A stretch of DNA of 64,000 bases from Owenia fusiformis. Lineage: Eukaryota. Location of the stretch: assembly GCA_903813345.2 (NCBI GenBank), contig CAIIXF020000001.1, positions 39,246,001 through 39,310,000 on the forward strand, in the 5' to 3' direction. A program made the position numbers and the translations under genes. Positions 38,201-53,200 of this stretch are shown one piece after another; the stretch's first letter is position 1; every line of letters begins with the position of its first letter. The notes beneath the pieces are model-generated. The model saw only the letters and a list, made by a program, of their open reading frames with translations. It was not told the origin of the DNA and searched no databases.

Positions 38201-41200
38201 ACCAAAATTGAAATAAATTCAGAACAGACCTTGAGACTGAGTAATTATAGTTTTAAGTATTCTACATTGATTGATCCTCTGCAGTGGTCCCTACACAATT
38301 TAAGGTTAAAACAGTTGATGTCCCAAAAACTAAAAACATCTGGCTATTAGTTAATGGCCTTCAAAATAATCAATTTGGGACTATTGATAAAATAACCTCT
38401 CGCTAACTCAATGTTCTCATGATGAGTTGGATGGGTTACAATAAGTAGAATTTAGAATAATGTTTTATCATTCATTCAAAAAAAGTACACTATGTAGCAT
38501 CCACTCTCCAACACAATGATACGATATCATCCTAATGTCTTGATTGATAAGTTTCTGGAAAGTGCTACTCAGGCGTAACCCAATGCTTCATATGAATGGA
38601 TTCTCATGTGGGAAAATCACATTAATAAGGGATGGAGATTATTTCTCATTCAACTCATTATACTTTCACACACGAGCACCATATCTCTCTATGCATGGTA
38701 TGGGTGATTATGATTGATTTATCAAATGACACGCAATATAAAATATTATGCACCACCTGACCTTGACCTTGCATTACTGCAATCATAAGCATCAAGCAAA
38801 CTTGCCTGAACGCAACTTGCTAGAAATAAACAATTTAGTGATCCTAGATTAAATATAATATAGGTACCTGGAGAATAAGAATCAACTTATCAAAATAAAT
38901 TAATTGAATCAAATGTCAACCTGATAAGAGGTCAGTTTCATCAGGCTGGAATCAAAAATTGCAATTTGGACTCTATGCACTAAGTGAACATTTTTCAGTT
39001 TTCTTATAATGTATAGTGTAGCAGCATCAATAAAGTACAGATCATAATATCTCGCATAATCTAACCTTTTTCAGAATACTCCCCGGCTTAGATGTTCAAA
39101 TGCTCATATTGAAATCCAGGGACTGAGAAGTAGATCTCATATACCTTTACTTCTCGTACACTTCTCAAAATTTTAATTCAACAAGTGAGAAAATATTCTA
39201 GTGCCAGAAAAGTCGTTGCTATGTTAACACAACATTGAAGACGCAGCGACACCTAAAGCAAGGGTACGCAATGATGATATGGCATATTATATTTAATTAG
39301 GCTTGAAAACTGATAATCAGGGGATCTCTGGGTCTGATCTTTTTCTGAAAAAACAAGGTCATCATGACCTAGGAGTGAAATAAGCATATTACAACATAGC
39401 AGTCTTCAACTAGTGATATTGATCCCATGATGGCTTTTACAGGAAACAATAAATGTATTTTTTATGAATTTACACGATAAATGAGAGGCTGGATGTAGTC
39501 TGATACTATGATAGATCAATGTTTTTCACCACTTCCTATTTCCACTAATTATTGAGAATTCACACTATAAAATTGTATGAAAAAATTAGAGTAAGCAGTA
39601 ACATAGATTCATCTAGTTTCCATTCACCGCAATATATTACTCCTCTGATGATTACAAAAGATATAAATATACTATTCTGATGCCAAAAAGATTGTGATGA
39701 CCCCAGAAGGAACTTTTGCCACTCAGAGGCAACTGGGATATTATATAAAACGAATGCCAGCTACTTATGAAGGCAAAATTTAATTCTGATTGACTAGCTG
39801 TATTTTGGACAATCAAATCGAACTGAATAAGGCGATGTCAAAAAATTCAGTTGTGAGTTAGACTGATGGTACATTCATACATATCTTGTATCATATGTTG
39901 AACATGGGGGAGAATCCAATATAACCCTTTGCAGTAATTTGATTTTGCTTCTCTAAAAGAGAGCCTCGTCTTATTATTACCAGCCCATGAACCTCAGGGT
40001 AATTCCACATAGGTCCTGCATCAGGCCATCAGAAGCATATCAAAATATCTATTACATATTTTTAATAAGCCATTAAAGCAACAGGGTCTGGGATAGTCTA
40101 TTGATATTCTGAATGATAACCCTCTTGAGTAAACACATTAAACCCGTATTTGGGTCAAAAGTTGGGAAATCACTGTCAGTTTCTACAGATCTCCACAGCA
40201 GTAGGCAATAAAATCCATTCAAATTGCATATTGGGTAATTATTATTTCAATCGATTATTCCGTCAGTTGGCATATAACACTTAATTCACACTTACTTTAG
40301 TGCATGGTCAGTAACACTTTGACAGCCCCGTAAACTGAGAGACTTCAGAAAGCCACCACATCGCTTGGCAATGTTTTCTACAACTGGGCCCTGGAAGAAG
40401 ATTCCGAATAAAAATGACACTTTCAACGCCAAGAAAAAAAACAATGTTAGAGTAATTTCTATTGAATGAATTAAACATTAGGTGTTGAGGTATATTATAA
40501 CCACTGTTTTCTAGGGGTATTAGTAATAATTTAGAAGGCATTTATTTTACTATATTGACCTGAGCAATTTGTGACGTCATAGTGGCGGGCCAATAATGGA
40601 TATAACAGCCCACCAATGTTCCCCGGGAAATGAGATATCGTTCAATGCGTATAATTTTCGTTCAGTGGTACTCAGTTCTTGCTATTTCAGCCCTGGACAT
40701 AAATGGTGGTAATAATACTAATAACGTAATTTCTGCGGGCAAAATAGTAAAATATTGGACCTTGGGCCATCAGCCTTTTATCCAACATTTTGGTCCAATG
40801 TTTCACTATATTGCCCTTTGAAATGACTTTATTGTACCATGTACACCTTTGCATATTTATACAGGCTGTATGATTAATAATTGTATTATCTAATGTTATT
40901 TTTAATTTGTCTGTAATTTCCTTGAGTTTCTGAGCTTGCAAAAGTATAACATGAAATACTTATTGGTAATACAGCAATATGTTCAATGTAAATGAGCAGA
41001 TATGACGTGCAGTCTGAAATAAGCTTGGAAGTATGAGACATTAGCCTTCATTAGATTTTTATAAATGTCATCAAGAGGGCGATAAAACATAAATGAATAA
41101 CTGAGCAATGCATCATACGTAAAAGCTTATTCTACCAAATTACTGGGTACAGCAGATACAATATGTCAAATATACAATTTATATGACACGTCATTTTTCA

Positions 41201-44200
41201 AATGGTTCATGGCTTTATCAAATCATTACAATTTGGCTCATGAGAGCATTTTAGACAGCCCACGGATACATTAGTGCACTATACTTCTTCATGATTCTGT
41301 GCACGCTCAATTATTATTGACTTTTTGGCTTAACCATTTTTCATTATGATTGGTTACTACATGTATATAACATTTATAAATAAGATAAATATCAAATAAA
41401 ATATGTGATGTGTTAAATCTTATAAAATAGAGGGCATCGGTTGATTAAAGTAGCAGCAAAGACTTGAGTTTGTAAATTGTGAGAAGCAATCTTTATCAAA
41501 TACAAAGAAATACCAAAATGACTGACATGATGTGATTCGTGTAAAAAAGATGATGTAGTTACGGATGGTTTTAATCCTTATAGAAGTTAGAATTTTTGAC
41601 ACAAGTGCTTAATTTGCTTAAAAAGCTACTTTTCAAGAAAAGGTGCCCATTTTGTATTTTGTCTTAATGTTTCAACAAAACTTCTAATCATTAAGAGTAG
41701 TCCATGTAATATGTTTGCCGTATGATAGTATTGTTTATATGTTGCTTTTTCATTTTTCTATTGAGAATCAAAATACTCTGGACCTGGTTCATTAGAAATT
41801 TCCAAATTGTCACTATTGTTGACTGACAGATGGACGACAGACAAATAATTGATTGCAACAGGTCAAAATGTGAGCAAAAACAGGCTAAAAATCCTGAAAA
41901 ATAAGCAATATCAAATAATCACAAAGATCGTAAAAACTTATTTTAAGTTGCACCTACATGTATGCTTGTCTATCAATGTACATGTAGATAAAGATCTTTG
42001 ATAACTTACCTCAACATCAGTCTGGAAGTCAAATAGGTCAATTTTCTGCCAATTGCTGCCATCCAGTGCTAGCAGGTTCCAATACTAGAGTAAGAATATC
42101 AAAGAGACAAAAGATAAGGTACACAATGACCATTTTAGTAAATAAACCCTGTGTATATCTTCTGTATTTTAAAAAGTCTTCCACTTGGGAGGACCAAGGT
42201 GTTCCACTTACAGAGGATCATTTTTCTTCAAATTATAGGAAAAGCTACTTTGAAAAGCATGCTGTTGATGGAGGTGTTCTATATTATAAATAAAAGAATA
42301 AAATCGGTGTTGAGGGAGTTAAAGAAGCCATATACTCATCAAACTGAAAATAATATGCAGTAGTTCACATTATGTATGAAACAATTAATGGTCGTTAAAT
42401 TCTATGAAAATTCTTGTTATTCCTTGCTTTCATTTTGATACAGGCTACAAATCTCTGATATTCAAGACCTAATCAATATTCAGTTTTTACATAACCATGT
42501 AATCATGATAATTTCATTCTCATTATACCAATTTCATTTCAGGGAATAAACTATCTTGAGGTACATATTACACATACATAGAATATGAAAATTGACACCT
42601 ATATATATGCACCACAATTGAATGAATAAATAACAAAAAAGGATTATTTACCTTAGATACCTGTGCACATCGGCATAAAGTAACCACATCTAGATAGGAA
42701 AATATTCTGAAAAAACAAGAACAAGCAAACTGTTTAGTTCAATTTCTATTTGGGTTTTGTTTTTTGACTCACCTTGTTCAATACATAAAATTATGTTTAA
42801 ATTACAGTTTAATGTTTTCAAAAAGAGTTCGTGAAATGTTAGCCTCATGGCCACTGTTGCTAACAACAGCAATTATGCCTGGTTAAACTCATTTTCAACA
42901 CCATGGTTACCATGCCTCACTACAGCCACTTTTCCTTGACAATAGCTATTGTGCCTGACAGTCATTATTTTACTCACCGAAGTAGTAATTCTTTTGGTAA
43001 TCGCTTGTTGATGATTGGTTCATTGCTTGTTACTGTCACCTGGTGGAGCTGCAACACAAAAACAAATATATACATGGACTGGAGAGAACAGATTATTCAA
43101 AATATCCTCACTGATTTGACTGGTGATTTAAAAGACTGAGACATGTGAACAGCAATAAAAAAGACTTAGTATTTAGAGGGAACAGTGTAACCCCTATCAG
43201 TTGCCATATAATCTGAGATTAACATTTAAAATCCATTCCAAATGTAAAAAGCAAAACATGAAAGCAAAGCATACATGGAGACTTAACTTATTAATAGGAA
43301 TTTTTTCATGTGAATGCAACACCTATTCATTTTTCATCATTATGTGCAAATAAATGAACCATGGCCCATGTGCTTACACAGTGAGCTCTATATAGCATAC
43401 ACTTTGATATAAAATACAAAATGATTTTTTTATGAATATTGATTTCTTGAGAATTTGGGAAGAATTTGGGAAATTACAATGACAGTTCACACATGCATGG
43501 GGAAATGTTATCAAGATCCATAAGTGTGAAAAACAAACATACAAAACCGTTTTTGTAACAAGGTATTAACAAGTGTAACAATGTTACAGACACTAAATGC
43601 CAAATCCCAGTTACAAAAAATGGTAGCTATGAAAACAAGTGATAGTATGAAAATTAAATTCAGATTTTTTTGTGGCAAAATTACTAAGTAGTGGCTCAGT
43701 ATGAATAATGGATGACTAGAAGGCAGATAAGTGATGGGATAACTGGTGCACTTATAGTTATGCAATTCATCCTCATCTACTATGTTAGTGATTATAAGGT
43801 ATCTATATACCAGTATAAGGCTACTTATAATTATTGTATCTCTTAATCCCTATGATGCCAATTAACCAATTTCATAATCTACAACTGGCCTATTACAAGA
43901 ATTGCGAGAAATTCTGGATTCTTTATGTTTAGATAGGGTACCAGTCTACTGGTACCTTCAATTTTTGTTTTGATTGTACCTAAAAAGGTATAATATTGTT
44001 GTTGGCTTGGCTGGTTATCTGACATTGGTGTTTCACTTTCATACTTTTTGTCAAGCTTGGCAGATTCATTTTTCAGGGATATTCAGGTTTTTAATTGTAT
44101 GGAAATCTAGAATTGATTATTTTGGGCATGCTGGGTAATTCAAAGGCCTACTACACTATACATGTATATCCATTCTTTTTGACACTTTTTTCTACAGTAT

Positions 44201-47200
44201 CGGCCACGGCTTAACCCTTTGGCAATACTCTTTTTCCACTCCAAATTGTGAAATCATTTGAACTTACGGCTGGATATGTGTATATATATGCTGGCAATAT
44301 GTCCCTACATATGAAGTAGAAGTGAGGACATAAACAGAGGGATAACTCCTCTTTGTTATTGAATAGTAGAGAGTCATAAAGAATAAAAAATGCAGTATAA
44401 CTTACAAAAAGCTATATTAGAAAATACAATGCGTTAAAGGTATTTAACAAAACACAAAAGCAAATATCATCACAGCAGCTACAATCAAAGACAACACGAT
44501 AATTAAGAAACTCAAAAGCAAATTGAACATCCTAGAAAGCAACTAAGGTATGCAGTATAGTCGGGTTTAATGACTTGGACCATTTATTCATGGCATTCTA
44601 GGTAACGAAAAATGGAAAATCATGAGCACATGGCAAGAAATGTCTTATAAATGAAAGAAGATTTCGATTAAGCTTCCAATAGCTCATCAAAATCTTATCA
44701 AAAGTCATCAAGGAAAAAATCTATCATCTTACTCATCATACAAATCAAAGAACTTATATGAGCTTTATTATGGAGTGAAAGTCAGCATAGCCTAGATGTA
44801 ATCAAAGCAACTGTAATATGTTTCTATTAGGCTTACTTATCAGTAGTGTTTCAATGACAGCTAGTTAACAAGGGTGTCGGAGAATATCTGCTCAAATGAC
44901 AGCATCAGTAAATAAATGCCTTGATGTTCATTATTTTAAAGAGGAAATTAGTGAAAAATTAGTGGATATCTCAAAGAAAATGAATAAATATGAAACTCAT
45001 ACATTAAAGTATACAAAATGAAAGAAAATTAACCAACTCTGTAATTTCTATTGAGCATTGATATAAACAAAAGTAAAGTATGAATGGCATTCCAATGACA
45101 GATCGGGACTGTCAATGCCAACTGCAATTTCATGTTCGATCAGCTTCGGAATTAAGTGAGAAGATGTAAAATCAGGAATTGTTTCTTTCTGAAAGATGGG
45201 CAAACAAGTATTTAAGCATTTCATTTCAAAATGGCAGAGAGGAACAACAAGCTGAGTAAATTTTTTTAACAAGTCCTATACCAGAGAACTGTCCCTGGAA
45301 AGTCTAACCTGATATCTTGTTGTTTTCTGAGAGATTTAGGTGGTGGGAAGATAATAATATGGGAATTAGGCTAAGAATGAGACTGAAATCCCAATGAACA
45401 AAAGTGTTTCTTTTAAATCATCATTTTAAAAGAAAAATACCTATTATTGCAGTGAAAGAAGTGAACTAGTTTATTTTATTCTTTCATCTTCCCAACAGAA
45501 AACATCATCCACACAAATATGACATCGTCCGTTCCCACGCTCAATCACTACGTTCTATCCCGTGGGTTCATATGACAAACTTGAGACCCAAGTAATATGT
45601 GGCGTCTCATTCGTAGAAATGCCTCGTGGAGTGTGCGGGATAGCCCGTGCGCGGGATAGCCACAGTTGAGGAAATTATTTAAATTAGGCCCCTGAATCAG
45701 TATTCAGAAAATGAAAATGGAGATATTGTTTGAAAAAATTTTCGGTAAGTTTCGTCTGATCATGAATTCTTTAAAACCCTATCAAAAAGAAGCGATAGAG
45801 GCAATAACAGAAGGTAGGGATGTATTCGTGTCATAGAAAACTGGACTGTGGTGACAAAGGCCCTTCCTATGGATAATGATATTCAAGACAGCGCGTCAGC
45901 GAACTCCCGTGCAGTGATATCATCACTGCGGAGGGCAGGTATCTCATCGTAAGCATGGTAACTTCGTAATAAACAACTGACGTGATTGGTTCTAGTCCCA
46001 TGCTCAGGTCCCGTGATTGTAAAATGTAGACAATTTCATTGGTTGAATTGCGCGTATTAACTAATAAACAACACGTGCGCTAAACTATTATCAACAAAAC
46101 TTTTACTCAGAATTCCTTCCGCGGTGATTTCTTCTCATATTTCAATAATTTTGAAATATTTTGACAAAATAATGATTGGTGAACATAAAAGAACATATAT
46201 TTTATAAGTTGTATGAAAATCAAGTACATCTGTGCCAAATTTTGGGGATTCCATAATCTGCCCGCCGCAGTGTCTATACCGAGACACTGCATGGGAGTTC
46301 GAGCGCGTCAGCTGGGGTTTGTTTATTTAGTGTATAACCAATAAGTTGTCGTGAATCAAGGTGAGAATAGGTTCAAGCTTCATGAAGCAAGATGCAAATA
46401 TGAAGCAATCTTTGGCACCAATACAGCTTTATACAACCCAGAGCTGTCAAGTGTCCCGCGAATGGCGGGATTATCCCGCGAATTCGATCAAAATTAGGCT
46501 AATTCGCGTGTCCCGCAATGTCCCGCGAAGTCCCGCAAATGTGGCTTTCGACCTCCGCGAATTTCCGAAATTGTTGCAATCCCCTATATTGTGATTATCT
46601 AATCTTATATAAGAAGCTAAGTTTTTGCACTTTTGAGGAGTAAAGTTTACCTAATTTTAAGTACCTAGCATGCTGTTGTTTGGTATCAAAATAAAGAGGA
46701 AGGGTTCAACTTTCATTTTAATTACGACAATAGGGATGTAGGTCAAATAGTTCCAACGTTGGCCTTTTTACTATCCGTGTGGCCTTTATCTCAGAACTGA
46801 GCAAATGTTAGCAAACGCGAGTTGCAATAAATGGACGCTGATATCTAGAAAGGGTTTGTAGAAAAAACCGGGTACCGGGTAGACAATCCTCCATGCTGGG
46901 TTCAAACTTGGTACCCGGTACCCGTTCAAAAAACGGGTAAGCTTACCCAAAAACAAAACGAATATACGAGTATAACATAATTAGATTATCAGAAAACGTG
47001 TAAGATTTGTTTTGAAATTATAAAAATGTGTGTAACATCCTTCAAAATTGAGCTAGAAGCTTCAAATAAAAAGCATATTTTAAGGCTCTTTTCTTCCTCT
47101 ATCGTCATGACCATATTTTCATCGGTTATGGGGGGGGGTGCGATCGCACCATCGCACCCTCTCCTGGCTACGCCTATTACATTGTAAGACATAACAATTT

Positions 47201-50200
47201 AGTGGACAATTCAGTGGACATTTTGTCGACAGTTGGGATAACTTAAATTATGATTAATAATCAAAATCTTACACATTGCATCATGTAAATTAACACACGT
47301 CACCTCTCTGCTAAAGCAACGATAGCAATTTACAGATTTAAATCATAATCAAAACAATTCATGTACCAACATACGAACTATTGAAAATAGAGTAAAATTG
47401 ATTTGCCTTGTTATTCAAATCGTCTTACAATGTCATTGGCGTAGCCAGGTGAGGGTGTGATGGTGCGATCGCACCCCCCTCCCCCTTCATTACCAATGGA
47501 AATATGACCATGATGATAGAGGAAGAAAAGAGGCTTAAAATGCTTTTTATTTGAAGCTTCTATCTCAATTTTGAAGGAAGTTACATACATTTTTGTAAAT
47601 TCAAAACAAATCTTACACGTTTTCTAATGATCTAATTATGTTGTATATTCGTATATTTCGTTTTTTGGGTACCCGGTTTTTTCGACCGGGTACCAAGTTT
47701 GAACCCAGCATTGAGGATTTACTACCAGGTACCCGGTTTTTTCTACAAACCCTATCTAGAAAAGTAACCTCATTCCCTATAATTTGATGTAGATTAATCG
47801 AAACCCTATACCATGGGCTTTCAATTGAAATAATATTTCTATGCGTATTTTGTGAAGTTATGTTGACGTTTATTTAAGTTACAATGTAACGGTGCATTAT
47901 ATTTGATTAATCAGTATCTGAAAGTTTGATTTAAGTGCTTTTACACGCTTTTACATTAGTCCAAATCACGCAAATCCCTTGAATGTCCCGGGACATCCTG
48001 CAAATTTAGGTGGATGTCCCGCGAAATCCCGCAAATTTAGGGCACTTTTTCTAGAAAATCTGTCCCTCTATGAAGTTTTTGCTGGTAAACCTGTTAACTG
48101 TCCCGCAATTAGGGTGTTTGTCCCTCGAATGGTCCCGCGAAATCCCGCGAATTTGATAAAAAAAAATTGGCCAATAAGCGCAATCACGCAAATCCCTTAA
48201 ATGTCCCGCGAAATCCCGCGAATTTATTAGATGTCCCGCGAAATCCCGCGAATTTTGGGCACTGGGTCTAAAAAATCTGTCCCGCGAGAAAATCTTTGGG
48301 GGTTGACAGTACTGTACAACCAATCAAAATTTAATAACTTCAATATTCAGTATATAGTCAAAGATTTCAGGTTGAAGAGACCAAATTGTCTGACCTCTTA
48401 TTTTTGTTTTCAAACTAATATACTCTATAGGTTTTGATATTTTTGATTGTCGGTTCATATTGATATTCAATAGGGTACATACAAAGGACCTAGTACCACC
48501 TTTTCTCTTTAACATTTCACTCATTATAGTAGTTATTGCAGGTTAAGCAACAAATTAAACAAGCAGAGACAATACCAAGCATCGAAGAAACAAAACAAGA
48601 CAACACCAAACATAGACAAGAATGCAATGGTGAAGATAAACACAAAGGAAAAGCATGCTTGATATCTTACGCCATTTTCATTTGGTATGTAGTGGCCATT
48701 CAGTGCAACCTCCTGAAAATATAAGTAACACATTCTTAATTGTTTGTTAGAATGACGATCAATGTAATAATCCATATTTTACTTAAAGTGTTAATCCATC
48801 CAAGTCTCCCTATCTTCTTTGAAATCTACTGTCTGCGAATTACATGTCATATTTCCTAAATATGTAGTGTGTACCTACCAATTTACTGAGTTCAATGTCT
48901 AGATAAATAGCACAATCCATGATCTTTTATTTACATTCATGTATGTTTACATATGTTGTTTACAAGTGATACCATTACCATGTGTCCCTTGTTTATATTT
49001 TACTTGTCACTGTCACATGTTTATATTTCCCCAAATCACAAAGAAGGCTTAATGTCCTGTTCTTGAATGTAGATGAATAAGCACAGGTGTACATTTTCTT
49101 CTATAAAACTGAAAACATTTTTACAGTCCCTTGTTATACTGCCATGTCATCTTAGTACATTTCCTAAACAATCACATTTCAAAAACCTCAGATGTTGTAT
49201 CTTACTTCCTTATACATTAGACCTCAATCCTTGTTTAACTTATGTAGAATATAAATTTGTAGTCACAAATTTGTTTCTGTAGACATTTGTCAAACTATTG
49301 CATAACACAGGATGCTCTGATGACGATCTTTGAAATATTGCATCGTAAATCATTCAATTTCAACCCGATGATCGGAGAAATTGGACGGAGGGGGATCAAG
49401 CAATACCTTTTCTTGGTAGATACCCATTCTATAGGTTCACTTACATTAAAATTATATTCTTTTCATAGTTTGATCATTTTGAGTAAATGGTTTAATCTTC
49501 TTGCTTGGAGATCGGAAAAATGAAATTGAAGGGGGGGGGGGTAGGCTGGGAGAAGGCAGGAAAATTTAAAAATCTGGACGATTTATTTTTTCAAGAAAAG
49601 GTTTACTACTGAATTTTCTGAACCGATACGCTTCTAAGATTTGAGATCTATTAAAAAAGGAGCAAGGCTATAAGAGAAATGTACCTCCCCTATCCCTAGA
49701 ATAAAGGTTGTGCAACATTCACAAGCAACTTTCAAGATATAATAATTTGTCTCATGTCAACTTGTTCATTTAGAATCCATGTCAGTTGGTGATTTTATTG
49801 AAGTATTTCAATTGATTGATCACTAAAAATAAACCTCTTTGTACCATCGCAATTTGCTATCAGATCTTGCCAGAAATACAGTTAGAGACGTTGATTATTT
49901 AACCCACATAAAAACAGATAAAGGTTTCTTTTAACTGTGATTACCTTACCATTTAATTCAAATAGATATATTTTTCATAGATTTATATATGGATATAACC
50001 AACTGTTGTTCTTGTGAGATATTGTGATAGCCTTTCTTTATTCGTAAGAGATGTATTTTCATTACTCATGCGTATAACCAGAAGAAGTGAGTAGCTCCCA
50101 TAATACTATCATATTCTTTCGTTTTCGGGGATTCCTCTTAGCCATCCTATATGGTCATACAAGCCTTATATGGATCTGTCACATGATATTCAAAATGGCG

Positions 50201-53200
50201 GACAACGGTCAGTTGGATTCCTATATGATCATGTAAGCCTTATACGGATCTAGCACATGGGTACCACGTGATCGAATACGAAGGCTGAACTTTGGGAGAT
50301 CTCCCCCCTGGCGTATAACAATCTATTCTACTTGTAAAATTATTTTAAATTGTTGGTGACCTTAAATCATTTATATCTACCAACATTTTTGGCACATTGG
50401 AAACAGCATGCTCCCCAATATAAGCCAGTTTACCACAAGAGATCAACAATTGTAATAAATAGAAATGCTTGTACAATAATACATGTAACGAGAAAACTAT
50501 AATAGATGTTCTTGTCCTTTCCTTATGTTGAAGACCCTGAGACAGAATAAGATCTATAGGGAGTGACAAAATTGCAAGCGACATGAACATTGTATAACTG
50601 ACCAACCAATATATTCCTCAATTACAATATCTCCAAAAATATGGGTAACATTCGCTTCTGTTTGAAGTTCCATAACGCTAGGAGGAAAAGCTGTTAAAAA
50701 TGGTGCCAAAGTATCATACTCGAAATTGTACCATTTCTTCTTAATGGCACGACATAGTTACACAATGATATTTACATATGTTTTCAGAATAACTCTGGAG
50801 GTATTAATGAGATATTGATGTTTTGGTTTTTTTTAATTCTTTTATAAAAAATAATGTTTGGATTTTTGTCCGCTGTGACAAAGCAGTTGTGAAACTGCTC
50901 CATTATAGTGGACAGAAAATGTAAACATTATTTTCTTAAAGAAATTAATAAAAAGACCCAATACATCCAGATGGTACATTTTAGAGTTTAATACTCTGGC
51001 CCCATTTTCAATAGCTTTTACTCCTAGCATTATAGGTTATCCGCAAATGATATATCCATTGCATGGAGTAAGTAATTTAAAAAGCGGACAAATCTTTCGA
51101 TACCACCCCGTGGTTATAAATTGGTGAAGTTCTGAAAAAATGGGGGGAAAATGTTTAAATTCTCCATTTAAAGAAATAAATATGTACTTTGTTGTTTTTT
51201 TAGAAAATAGACATATGGCAAGGAATGATATGAGCCAAAAACATTTTAAAGTTGAAACAATTTATTGTAAAGCCCACTCACTAGATCTGATTCTCGCTTT
51301 CATTTTCATCATCACGATTTATAATATGTATGAAGCTTTTCAGTTCACCAATATTTACTTTGTTTAGGCCAAAATTATAGTTTGGGATCTTGTCATATAA
51401 TGAATGAGAGTTTGATGTGAATGTCCCAAATTATGATCTGAAGTTCTAATTTGAATAATACCAGTATGTCACAATCCCAACTTGAATATGATACACATAA
51501 GATACAGATGTAGTTTCAAAGATGTTTCATATTAGTTCAGCAATGTTTCATATTGAATTGACATTAATGTTTCATATTGGTTCACATTGTTTCATTTTGG
51601 ACCAGCTAAGCGTTTCATCTTGGTTTAGCAATATTTCATATTGGTTCAGATGTGTTTCAATTGGTTTAGGAATGTTTCATGTTCAACTGATTGCTGTGTT
51701 ACATATTGTTTCAGCGTTGTTTCATATTGGTTCAGCAATGTTTCATATCGGTTCAGCAATGGTTCATATTGGTTCAACAATGTTTCATATTGAATTGACA
51801 TCAGCATTTCATATTGGTTCACTGATGTTTCATATCGGTTCAGTAATATTTTATATTGGTTCAGCAATGTTTCATATTGAATTGACATCAGCATTTCATA
51901 TTGGTTCAGTGATGTTTCATATCGGTTCAGTAATATTTTATATTGGTTCAGCAATGTTTCATATTGAATTAACACCAACATTTCATATTGGTTCAGTGAT
52001 GTTTCATATCGGTTCAGTAATGTTTTATATTGGTTCAGCAATGTTTCATATTGAATTAACATCAACATTTCATACTGGTTCAGTGATGTTTCATATCGGT
52101 TCAGTATTTTTTCATATTGGTTCATTGATGTTTCATATCGATTCAGTATTTTTTCATATTGGTTCAGTGATCTTTCATATCGGTTCAGCAATGTTTCATA
52201 TTGAATTAACATCAACATTTCATACTGGTTCAGTGATGTTTCATATCGGTTCAGTATTTTTTCATATTGGTTCAGTGATGTTTCATATCGGTTCAGTATT
52301 TTTTCATATTGGTTCATTGATGTTTCATATCGATTCAGTATTTTTTCATATTAGTTCAGTGATATTTCATATCGGTTCAGTATTGTTTCATATTGGTTCA
52401 TTGATGTTTCATATTGGTTCATTGATGTTTCACAATGGTTCAACAGTGTTTCATATTGAATTGACATTTCATATTAGTTCAGTGATATTTCATATCGGTT
52501 CAGATTGTCTCATATTGGCACAGTTATGTTTCATATTGGTTCAGTGATGCTCCATATCAGTTCAAAAGTGTAAATTGCTTCATATTCAATTGACAACAAT
52601 ATTTCATATTGGTTTAGTAATGGTTCATATTCGTTCAGTGGTGTTTCATATCAGTTCAGCAATGTTTCATATTGGTTCATTATTGTTTCATATCAGTTCA
52701 ACAATCTTTCATATTGGTGTAACAGTGATTCATGTTGAATTGACACCATTCAACGTTTCATATTGGTTCAGAGATGTTTCATATTGGTTCATTATTGTTT
52801 CATATCAGTTCAACAATCTTTCATATTGGTGTAACAGTGTTTCATGTTGAATTGACACCATTCAACGTTTCATATTGGTTCAGAGATGTTTCATATTGGT
52901 TCATTATTGTTTCATATCAGTTCAACAATCTTTCATATTGGTGTAACAGTGTTTCCTGTTGAATTGAAACCATTCAATGTTTCATATTGGTTCAGAATTG
53001 TTTTATATTTGTTCAGTTATGTTTCATATCAGTTCAGCAATGTTTCAAATTGGTTTAACAGCTCTTCATATTGAATTGATACCAACTTTTCATATCGGTT
53101 CAGCGATGTTTCATACCAGTTCTGAGGTGTTTCAGTGCAGTTAATAAACTTAACCAAGAGGTGGTGTCAAGGATTTATTTCGCAAGAAATCAATAGGAAA

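Noticed and set aside
51522..52547. 341-aa ORF (MFHIGS repeats) and the antisense 223-aa ORF
   Set aside because: Translation of a 21-bp intronic minisatellite that is open on both strands because the unit is a multiple of 3.
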